From the NCBI GenBank assembly GCA_965285935.1, contig OZ260663.1, positions 93,000,001 to 93,064,000 of the forward strand: a stretch of 64,000 nt of DNA. Reading direction: 5' to 3'. The notes beneath the pieces are model-generated. The model was not told the origin of the DNA, did no database searches, and saw nothing but the letters and a program-made list of their open reading frames with translations. Positions 26,001 to 37,700 of the stretch are shown here, piece by piece; positions within the stretch are counted from its first letter, which is position 1, and every line of letters starts with the position of its first letter. The stretch comes from Ophelia neglecta (taxonomy: Eukaryota). A program made the translations under genes and the position numbers.

Positions 26001-29000
26001 TGTTTTGGGGAGCTTCTTACTGACAGCATTCACGTCATACGTAAATAGTTCTGGTATGGTATTGCTCGGGAACATTCCGATATAGCGGGTCAATTTCCAA
26101 TATAGGATATAGGGCTAGCTAATTTCCACAGGACAGATGCAAGATGCAATTTGCTGCATAAATAAGGCCAGTTCAGATATTCATACAACGGGCCAATACG
26201 CTATCGTCGTAAACAAAAGATATTGCTTCTAACCAATATTTAGATTTTATTATCTGACCAACATGATATTGGCCCTAGTATAATCCTTTAATGACATATT
26301 GGCCGGAGTCAATTATCCAAATTTGCCCGGCACGCTGATATTTTGCCCGCCACTTTTATATTTTCCAAATGACTTCTCGTAGCGTTCGTTATAGGCTGAT
26401 GACCTGCAAATAAGTACACCTGCCTATTTCATTAAAAACTGAATTGATATGCATTTTAACTCATTTTAACCCATGCATATCGCGCAGCCGTCAACCAGAT
26501 AATGTAGATTTTGTTGAATAAAATTCATTTATCCTTGCCTCCCTGGTTCTCGTTCCTTTTCATTGTTAGTGAATGATGAAAGTTCCTTGTATTTATAAAT
26601 TTAATAAAATTGTGTATATCCATGCCCTTTCAATGCCATGTCAGAGAGCCAATATTTGTTGTCGCACTAGGCGTAACACCACGGCAATTTGAGGTTCATC
26701 ACATATGGAACGGATATAAATATCGCTATAATGTCACGCATGCACGAGTATATTGTTAAAACGCACAAATCCTTATATCACACTGGTGTACAGCACTATA
26801 ATGATAACATATATGTGTCAAAACCCATCCATTTATATTTGCATTTTTTCAGTAAAACAGGATGTTTGTTTATGGAATACATTCGACGCTACCTGCGGGG
26901 ATAATAAGGTTATACAGATGGAGCATGCGTACTACGGACGAATGTCAGTAGGCAGTTGCATTCCGCACAATGTTGGTTACGAGATGGGTTGCCACGATGA
27001 CGTGTTGAGTTATTTGGATTTTGTTTGCTCTGGAAGGCAGTCATGTCAGCTAAGATTACCAGATTACCTGACCACCGGCCCCCAGCCTTGCTCTCGAGGT
27101 TTTGAATCATACCTTCAATTGCAATACAGCTGTTTAGCTGGTAAGTCCCAAGTAGTTAACTTTTTAAAAAAGCATTCCATTCTTAACAAATCTGTGTATT
27201 TAAACTGAAGGCAACACAACTTGTGGCCTGGTTTTATCTGATTCAGTTTACTATAGTGGTTAGATCTCGCTCCATGGATTATTGGAAAATTGCGCCACAT
27301 TTTTCATTTAGTGTCGTATGAAATATTAATTTTATAATGTAGTTCTTCTAGCGTTGCATAAAAAGTTTTGAAATTAGTCGGAAAAAGTACTGAAAAACAC
27401 AACGTGGGGAAACGTTACCCATTGCTCTTTGACAAATAAGCGTTACAATGGGACTCTGAAAATTGGCCAATGAGTTAATGTTTTTCGAAATCATTATTTC
27501 AAATTGTATACTAAGTTTACATCAGTGTAAGAGCCATATTCGAACTATATAACACTTAACTTAGACATCATCATTACCCTTGAAACTGATCCCAGGTACC
27601 GTAAATTTGACACACCGTTTCAAACGGCACAGAACATTGCTAATGAAAAACATATAGATTGGCTTAAATACACTTTACACTGTCTGACACAGATATCTGT
27701 AGATTAACGCCGATACCTCTCGCTTTCAGTGCACATCTCGTTAACACCGTGTGCGGGCGATCCCCTGCCAGTATCAGAAAAACAAGGATTGCTGTCAAAC
27801 GTCATAACGGAGTTAACGAGTCAGGGATCCCCGGAATGTCCCTGGGTGGTACGCGGTTCCCCTGGGCAAAAAGTCCGTCTCACATTACATGACTATGGTG
27901 TGTGGACCGCCCCCACGACAAAGGAAGGTGGTTCTGAAGGAAGTGTCCGGAGCCAGGGGACGTCAGATATATGTCATATATACGCAAGGGTTACAGAAGG
28001 TAGGAAAAGTTAGAAGCATACTGCATTGCGGTGAAAGGTCATTACAATTATTACTTATATTTCTCTGTGCTTAATATCTTCTGTTTACTTTGGCGCATAG
28101 TTTAAATTATTATACATCATTGAAAAATCCCGCCCTGTGATTGGCTGAATGGTGTTGGTTAGAATCGCCTAGTTTCCCAGCCGTACGCTAGTTTCACGAA
28201 CTAGTCCCGGGGACTAGTTCGTGAAACTAGCGCATGGCTAGCAGTGGCGGCCTCGTGTGGCTAATTTACGCACTTCACTAACGAAACCACCATTTTTATT
28301 GTCGTATTAGTATTTTCCAAACAAACTACAGTCAATTATTTCAAGTTTATAAAAAGTAAGATAATAAATAAGAATATACATTATTCAAATATATTTGCAC
28401 GTTTAAAATTGGACTATGTTGCCGAAAACGCGGGTTCAATAAATACGAAACCATGCGCATAGCTCTACTTCGAACGTAAATGGAACAATAGGTAAAACAA
28501 TCTATAGATCTATCTAGAGCATAGAACCAATAGAGATGTTAAATGTGCAAAGATTTTTCAATGATGTATAATAAAACAACTATGAAACTTGCCCCTCGGG
28601 GACTAGTCCAAACAATTTGCCCCTCGGGAGGTGACCAGTGAACTATTTTAGTCGTTGGGTGCCCAGAGTTCCTACCACCAGAAGGCGCTGTTGTCGAAAG
28701 AAATAAGAACGATGTATCAGTGAAATGCCCGGGTACCTGAAGTGAGTGGCTTATGACATGTGAGGGAACGCGCTGGGCCTCAGCAGAGAAAATTACCAAC
28801 TGCACAGGATCAGGTTTGTCGAAAAGTTTTTAATTGCATATTGACAACTACATATCAACAAATCAGATGCATGGTGCACTGAATGTGAAAAAATCATCAG
28901 CTCAAATAGAACTTCCGTGGTAATTGGTGGAGTGACATTAAACGAAGTGGGCTGTTTTGGCAATCAATAAGATCAAATCATTTGACATTAATATGCAGTT

Positions 29001-30002
29001 AATGTTTACAGAAGGACCGTCAGTGACTATTAACACTCTGTTTAATAGTATCCTTACTCTACCACAATGCGAGTAAGCAACTCTAATACTTTCATGTTAA
29101 ATGAAAACTTTGAAGTGAATAATTTAATAAATTATTTTGAGTCATGAGTTCGCTGTTTAGCTTTTTATAAAATTAAAATTTGTTCACATTCCGTTAACTT
29201 AACTGAAGCATTTTAATACTGGAGTATTATTCCAGGGATTCTTATTCTGATGATCTTAGCTGTTGCTGTTATCATAGCAGTCCCTATCATTGTGATCGGT
29301 TGTGTTAGCATACGAAGGTAATTATGCGGACTTGTCATTGCGGTTATTTCTACGTCAAACAGACTCGGTAGAGATTATGTATATTCGTTTTCATGAAATT
29401 TAGCTACTCACAATATCAGGTTATATGTATATACTTGGTTAAAGGTCTCGATGAGTAAATAAGTATAAACATTAATACAACAGACATGTTTTTGACGAAT
29501 GTGCCTTCGTTTTTGTCACAGGAACCGTGACGCTGTGATAGCGCCGCCACCAACTCTGCAAATGGATGCTGGGAAGTGCATTTCAGACCATTTTGTTAAA
29601 GAGCGCGATCCAATGTTGGCCAAAAGCGAGACATTACAAACATTTCCACGAGGAAGGGAATATACCACGACCGCTCACAGAAAACTGTGCGCCCGGGCAC
29701 CTGGCCAAGGAGTACCTCTGCCTCTACCACCGACGCCACCAATGTCAGACGCCGAGAACTGTATCGTTCATGGAACACTAGGTCATAAACAACAGCGGGA
29801 TAGCCGCCACAGTACATACAAACCAGCTTACACCGAGCATAAATACGAATCACCAATTGCGTTAAGGCGCACGCCCAGTGAAAATGACAATGCTGATACG
29901 TGTTACAACCAGTTGGACCGAGATCAAACCTATTTACAAGCCAGCACTCCACCACATGAACCCTGGGAATCTGACACCGATTCACTCAATCCGGGTTACT
30001 AG
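23098..30002 (+). pseudogene. G4: damaged subfamily-A copy (exon 4 missing, in-frame TGA in exon 5, GC donor after exon 6)
   Basis: Exons 23098-23170, 26853-27140, 27730-27999, [exon 4 absent], 28652-28813 with GGA>TGA at 28738-28740, 29012-29068 (donor GCGAGT), 29236-29317, 29522-30002. Confidence 0.8.
28097..28646. mobile_element. Unclassified non-autonomous repeat with subterminal inverted repeats, occupying the position of G4 exon 4
   Basis: Perfect 23-bp IR TTATTATACATCATTGAAAAATC (28107-28129 / 28552-28574), internal 47-bp palindrome 28186-28232, and a 3' direct repeat TTGCCCCTCGGG. Absent from all other copies. Confidence 0.6.
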
Positions 30003-30922
30003 AGTCCCTAGAATAGTTGGTTGTGCTATCCTTATTTACGGACTAACTAACAGACAATAGTGGAACATAACATTTGCTTGGAAATGATATATGGGGCGGC
30101 TCAATTTAAATGGATAAGTTGGAAATTCCAATTTACAACATCAATGGTTAATGCTATATGCACCATAATAACATACTGAATATTATTGATTAATGTGCTT
30201 TGTATTCCTTACACTAGACGCATTCATATAATTAAATAATGTAATATATTAATATAAATAAACAGTCCTTATTTCATAGTTAACCCACCAAATCAAATAG
30301 TTGTTTGTTTTATGCCATGGGTCGCCATAGTCACTCAAAAACACGTCACATATTAACGAGAATCGCTCGTATATATTTAAATTTTATGGATAGGCACCTT
30401 TCAAATCGTGGATAACCGGATGACCCTACTTTACACCATAAATTGATTATAGTTTATAACTTTTGTTAATTTAATTCCGTAAATTAAACAAAAAGGAAAT
30501 GCTTTCGTCATTTCATTAAAGTATAACACAAGCCTTGAAAACTTGAGAAATCCTATTCTAGTATTACGGAGAGTCAATACACAATCGATGACCCTATTTT
30601 AACCTATATGGTAGGGTAAAGAATCTAGTTGATATTATTTAACAACGCGCTGTAAAATACTGCAATTGTCATGAGAAACCAAATAGTAGCTAGGCCTCTG
30701 GGCAAAGAAGAATTTATGTAAATTACATCAGAACTCGTTTTGTACCTTTTGTTCGTACCCTGCCTTACGGCCGACTAGTAAATGTTAAAGTTAATGCCAT
30801 AATATATCTGTATAGCAATTGTTTTCGTTTTACCCTAAACAGGCAACCAAGAGACACATTACGAACAATGCATGTGACTTCTTTTTTTTTGTCTGGTTCC
30901 AAGTTTGTGTCACGTGTTGCAG

Positions 30923-31514
30923 GAGAATACGACATTGATGACTGGTATAAAAACAATCATACCTGTGCGGAATGCAACGTTTTACATATGGTGCAAGCTG
31001 GCTACGGACGGAAATCAAAATGACGTAGTATACCACTATTTTAATGTCTACGAAAGCATTGAACTACATTTGGAAAAAGTTAGTTATGTAGACGTATCTT
31101 ACATTTTCGTTGCTAACAAACCAACATTTAGTATAATAAGTTGTTCCGCACATGGAGACATACCATATGGTTCTAAATCAACACTACTAAATTCGACAAA
31201 TATATCTTGATGACATATTGAGGTTTTGTTATTATTGTCCGATTCCCTTCTTTCTATGGTACGCTATAATAAGTTTACTCCGACATCAGTAGGAGCTATC
31301 AATTAAGATAACACGCATTATATGCATGCTTTCAGTTAATTATGCATTAAGTTTATAAACAATGTCATATATGGCTTCAATACACAGTGCATTCACACAA
31401 CATGGTGTCTTTTCAGACATTGTGTATCCTAGTTATATCCCGCTAGAAAGGGCTGCTACCGAGCAGCATAGTAGGGATATTTCAGGTAAATGCACCAATT
31501 CCGAAAGTGAACGG
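30923..31514 (+). pseudogene. Highly decayed relic copy: SUEL exon 2 and sushi exon 5 remnants
   Basis: After ttgcag (30922): EYDIDDWYKNNHTCAECNVLHMVQAGYGRKSK*RSIP vs intact EQDICLWNTFDATCAENEVIHMEHAHYGRMSVGRCIP. After tttcag (31416): IVYPSYIPLERAATEQHSRDISGKCTNSESER vs IGCLSYIPPEGAV.ER...DISVKCT.TGSEW. Confidence 0.7.
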
Positions 31515-33341
31515 ACCCGAAACACAATGAATAGGAAGATCAGTCTTTTTCAGGTCTTCATGGAATAATTAATCATAATTGTAAGTCTTGTGTTTGCATA
31601 ATATTATGTTCTGCTCACTTTTCAACTGTAATCACGGCATTTTCCTTCCTGAACACCCATCTAGTAAGCTCTGACTATTAAGAAAAATACTCATCCCGAC
31701 TCTTCCTGGACAACCGGCCTGTATCCAAGAAAAATTATACAAGCAATAGATTCCCTTCATGTATTCAACCAATGTGCTCACTTTACGCTGACTTCGAGTA
31801 TTGCTTCCATTTAAATTTTCAATCGTTTTCGCTGCTTCTTACTATGATAATAATAACTGAGGTCTTTATTGTAGCGATCAAAGAAAATGTTTTCGTTATT
31901 TCATGTTTCCGAAGGTTATTGTCACATTTTTCACCTGTTTCATAACATACATGCATTTGTTAAATATCAGTTCTTGCTATCATATTATATATTTTTCCTA
32001 TTGATATTGAATCTCGTTGCTGACTTCAATATTTTTTCAATATCCATGTTATACCTAATTCATTTTACATTAGCTTAAACAGGAGATAAGACGCGGATAG
32101 TTTCCAAACAAAGTACCCAGGCCGACGCATTTCAGTAAGTACATCACCCTTCAGACCCATGATATCTGTGACATAAGGCGGAAAATTCCACCAAGATGAT
32201 TAAAACAAATGAATCTTGCATGCAAACTTTCGGATGCAACACAATAGTGATGAAACGCAGCGAATTTTGTCCGTAGGGGAAATTTTAAAAATGTGTTATG
32301 TGATTTGTTTTATCTCTACATGGTCAGCTGAAAGGCATATAAATGACAGTGTTCACTGACATTAGCCAAAAACGACATTTCTACCTCTGCGTGTTAACCG
32401 TTTTGGCGTTTACTTTGTAAATTGAAACAGAACAAACACACGTTTGTGTTGAGATGATATATTCTTATAATATAACATATTGCAAATTTACAAAGGTGGG
32501 GTGAAACTCACTACAACTGGTATATGATTACATTGGATGAACTTTAGGCAAAGTAGAATAATAAGTGAACAGGTAGGTGAAGGGGGATGGAGGTGGGATT
32601 TACAAAAGTCACCTGCACTGTGCCAGGTTAGCTGCTTGAGAGATTGTTTCACAGTAGTTCCAGCTAGGTTTCCGCTTGGATGACTCTAATTGGCCCAGGC
32701 ACATTGCTGACAGCTGATCTTATTCTCGTACCCTTTCAGCACAGCACATACTGCTGTATGAAATTGTATCCCATAGTACATTTTATACAATAGACTTGAC
32801 ATAAGTAAATTCACACTTCCTGGTGATCTGGTCTGTAAACACTAACAATACAAGCCTTTGTGGCTATGACTAGACATTAACTACGGGAGTCAGAAATACA
32901 TTTATAGTACCAATAAATTTCTTATTTGGTTCCTGATCATTTCAGGCGGATTTAATAGACCATTCTTGATTAATGTTTTGGTTTGGCTGTCGGTCATGCA
33001 CCCCCTCTTTTATTAATTTGATATATATCTTGTAGAAGCACTATACTCCCGCACCTTTTAATGACTTATATGACAGTTATTTTTACACGCACAACTATAT
33101 TCATACACTGCCTGAATAAGGCAGACCAGCAACTAGAATGTTTCGCACATATCAAAATCGGTCTTTACTAAATAATCTTTTTATGCTGAATTTGGTTTTT
33201 AAGAAACCCATTTTGGTTAAAACCTAAACCTTGCCAATAGAAATAAGGATTAAAGCGGTCTGAGTTAATCGGCAATAAGCTAATCTAATCGCGAAACGGA
33301 AGACCGCTTCCAAATACCAGGCACGGGGTAAAAATACATAT

Positions 33342-33450
33342 AATTCCCTTGCGGTGGTGAGACGAGAAAATAGTATAGCTCATGAAATGGATGGGCGTTC
33401 AGAGTGCAATAATAAACCCAACACATCCATGACTATTTCTTATAATAATT
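33342..33450 (+). pseudogene. Decayed CUB exon-4 remnant
   Basis: cccttgcggtggtgagacgagaaaatagtata...aaccc...tatttc resembles exon 4 (accctgtgtgggggtgagacgagagagaaaatagtatac...aaccc...tatttc), with indels. Confidence 0.5.
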
Positions 33451-34552
33451 TGCATCGCATTCCATATAATAAAATCATTGGGAACTTGCACATTGGTACC
33501 TAACCTAAATGTCAGCTGCATCAGCACACATGGGCTATAATGATGTGATAACCAGAGACGTGATATTTGCATAGCACGGTCATTGGCCATATCTAATCAC
33601 GACACATGATAGTGTTTGTGGGGTCACTTATAAAGCAAGTGGGGCATACAAGACATTAAGTAGACCAGCCATTGATTCCCTTGGTTTTTATGATATCGTC
33701 AAAATTCAAAATGATTTTATGAATACCAAACCGTCTAATAATGCTACGGAAACTGATTATGCAACAGTCGCTGAATGTTAATTATTTGTGTCATGTCTTC
33801 TTGTCATTAATGCAAATATGTGCATCGACTGCCGAAGTTAACTGCAGACATTCCCGCTGTACGTTACGTTTGATTCTGTATTTACTTTACATATGTATAA
33901 TGGCGGCAATACCTTTTATTGTGTAATTATGTTTACTTAAAATTAATATAATAGGACTTTATGCTGATGGATCACACTTGCTTATCCCTGTTGTCTGCAA
34001 AAGTTATTGTCCATTCTATCTGACGTCCATGCGGAAGAAAGTGCCATTAAGGATGGGTGTGAAATAAGGTTGTTGGTAGCTGTACGTAAAAAAAATTAAC
34101 ATCTTATCTGCCGGACTTTATGTTTAATGGTTAATCTCACTTTGACTACCAGACATTTTGGTGATTCAGTTAATAATGTATTTCTATGTGTGCTCGTCAG
34201 AATCATATGTATAAGAAAACTATAATAGAAGTATATGTCGTTGCATTTAGTGATTTGCTTAGCATATGTATCTAGAGCACAAAATGTTTATGTTGCTTTT
34301 TTGCCAGACGTTGAACCAAATCCAAGTTCTGAAAATAATCGTTAAATTCGATTATTACTAATAAATAAAATAATATTGCACACCCTGTACTTTTCTTTGA
34401 CATCTGCATAGGAACAAGAGTGGTCCTAACCTGACATTTAGCCTAACGCCACACTGATGATCAAAACACAACGTTTAAGCAATTACATTGACAGTGGCCC
34501 TTTTACTGTTTATGCTAATGTATTACCCTTCACCTATCGTGACACAGAATAT

Positions 34553-34668
34553 GTGAGCCGCGAGCGGAGCGAGCTATATGCGCACTGCGCCGGCGCTATG
34601 TGTACCACCCATTGCCCCGCTCCGCGGTACTGGGTACATTGAGTTCTGTTACTGACACTACCAGTTTA
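34553..34668 (+). promoter_or_regulatory. Conserved upstream element of G5
   Basis: Same motif series, only about 40 nt from ATG 34707 (shorter spacer in subfamily B). Confidence 0.7.
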
Positions 34669-34706
34669 TCTAGGAATACTAGCAGGAAAATACACATATT
34701 ATTAAT

Positions 34707-37700
34707 ATGGATATGCCATTTAAAGACTCCATTATTATTCTAATAACCATAGCATTGTGGATAGCTGCAGGAAATTCCAGTAAGTATTGATTTAGTTATT
34801 ATCTGTATAAAGCGAACGCAATCCCGGGTCTATATCACATCGTTTTCTATGTACACATACCGAGGAATCGAGCCATCGAGCAATCCTAACTAGTTACGGT
34901 ACGGGTTTGACATGTACATTTGCACACAGCATGTAAAGCATGTAAAGAATTAATACGATTGAGGTCACATTGTTTATTTCGCTCAAATGTATTCAGTTGT
35001 TTTGAGCTTTTAAATCTTTTCGTCAACTGGTCACAGAATTAATGTTTCTATATATAATTGCTGTTAAAAACGGGGCTGTGTTCCGTACACAAGTAATATA
35101 TTTATTCATCAAACCGGGGACTCATAAAAAGGGCAGTATGTCACGGCATAATTGGACCTACATTTGCATATTGACGTGTTAAAATTTGCCTTAGCGACTC
35201 TCCTTCCCGCCGGTCTTCTAACATTTTAACACCACCAATAATGCAATGTTTAAAAAAGTTCTTAGACATAATACTTATATTTTGGTGAGGTGTAAATAAA
35301 ATGCCTGCAATATTTTGGTGAGGTGTAAATAAAATGCCCTGCACATTCAGAGCATTTCCATATGTATTTTACCAAATAGAATAATACCAAACAAGAGTTG
35401 GTAGCAGAACTACATGTTCTGGTTGTAAGCTTTGACAGTAGTTCCAATACGGAATACAAAGCCGACATTCACAATACATTCCAAAAGATCATGTAATATG
35501 TCTTTGTTTTTGTGTAGACACAAGGCTAAGTAACGTCACCCGACCATTCTCGGCTACTTGTTTTGTATTTTCAGACGCCTATCCACTCCCATTTCTATTG
35601 CGTTACACATCAATTTGTCGATTAAAACATGACATTTAATGATATGCATGTCATCATGTGTAGGTCCAATCCGTGGCAACGCGATGTTATCAATAAAAAC
35701 TTGGCAATAATTTGTAAATAATAAATTCTGCAACAAACAAATATAACTATTTTTTTTTTATATATAGGTTGTAGCCATTCAGAGGATATACTTTACACTA
35801 TGTTATATGTTGCAAGTACACATTTCTTAACATTAATGTTTTTTAATCAAACGGCCATGCTGCAGGTCTTGCAGGAGCAAACAGCGCGTATGAACGTACC
35901 TAGGCCACACCTTCGTTATATACTGGCGAATATAAAAATTTAATACATGAGTACAGTATGGCATTAATTTATTTTTTAATTGTAGATATAACTGTTGTTA
36001 TGACACAAGGTTTCATGGGTGGTACCTAATATTATTATACATATGAGCGCATGCTGTATCAAATTCTCAGTATTTGGTTTATTGAGAATATTAATGAAAA
36101 CATCTTTTGAAAACGGATATAAAGAGTAAAACGACAGTTGGGCTGTACTGACACTAGCAGTATGGAGTCACTTAAAACAGAAATATTTGTAAACAACTGT
36201 ATTAAATTACACACTTTTTCCATGTGCACTCTTTTTGAAATATCATTTCTAAACACCTTACCCATTCAAATTAGTTAACATAATTCGTCGAAACCCTCTT
36301 CTCTATCCAGAACTAACCACTACGCTAGTGTTTCAGATTTTCTGAACAAACACACAGCACGCAAGGAAACTGCTGTTGAAATGTAGATTGCTAATGATAT
36401 TGGGCTCTCCAAGCGACTGTTCCTTAGGACTTATATTAATTACATGGTTCAATTCCTGGTGAACGGTTTTGCTTTGCAAGGTACTTTGCTGCATGGGAAT
36501 ATTCACATTTGAACAAGACTTTTTCCAATAAACCTTAATTTTATTTCTGATTTCAGAACATACCTCCACTTTCCACCTACACAGTTGCATGATGTGTGTA
36601 AGGTGTTGCAAAACATTAAATGTTACAACGAGCACATCGACTGATTTAGTATTTAGATGATTGCATATGCAGCCCATTACCATACAAACCTTGGGCCTGA
36701 TAATCTCATTTTCGATGGCATGCTAAGTTATCATTGACATCATATGTCTTACTGTTATTTTTATATAACTTGTCATTTTGTTAAACGCTGTTAGATCGCG
36801 ATTTACCAAAAACACTCTATCGGGGATTGAACAGGGGAGATGTACATAATGAAACAATGACCAGGTTTCTATGTTTCTGTGCGATGTCTTTGTTCAATGC
36901 CAGGCATGATATTGCACAGGGCGTCGTGGCGCGTCGTGGCGCGTCGCGGGAAAGCCTCTCTTGGGTAGCGCCTCATTGCTCGGCGTACCATCACGTTTAG
37001 CAATAGTAGCAGAGGCCGGTTCAAGTAAGGGGGGGGGGGGTAATGGGGCAGTTGTTTGTGGGGTATTGATGTATTGTATACAAGGAGCATAGAGTATAAA
37101 TATGCCGCTCCCTGTTTAAAATATTTATCTTCATATAAACTGTTTTTGATGCATCCTTAGGATCGCATTGTCTATGCGACGCTTGATATAACGTCATATA
37201 AACTGGCCTGTTGCAGATTTCTTAAACATAAAACTATATGCACATTATATTCTCTTACATCCCGCTTGCGTTGCAATGCGTCTGTATACATAACTAAAAT
37301 TTCAAGAAAAACACAAAACACAGAGATACAAACGTGCAAATTGTTTAACGATTGGGACAGGGTATTGAATGAAGGTATGCTAAAGATGGATTTAAACAGT
37401 TCAACTATAGCAACAACCCATAATTTAATCCTATAGCCACGTTTTCATATTATTCTCATATGCTGTCTATGCTGTCTCTTCTTTTAAGATTTCCAGTTTG
37501 TCATTTTTTAGCCAAAGCATTGCAAATTTGTCCAATAGTGTCGAAGCAGTACAACACAAGCGCAATTTGTAATATAAATATTATGCAAACAGCTTTTATG
37601 CAGATCCTTTGGAAAACCATTTCGAATATTACAAATATGTTCATATTCGCATAACCAGAACAAAATTTTTTTGACCCCCCCCCCCCCCCTCCTCCAACAC

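Noticed and set aside
32070-33000. Possible further exon-1 and exon-2 relics (cagtaagtac donor; weak GCQED-like traces)
   Set aside because: Similarity is too weak to support by eye; needs a profile search.
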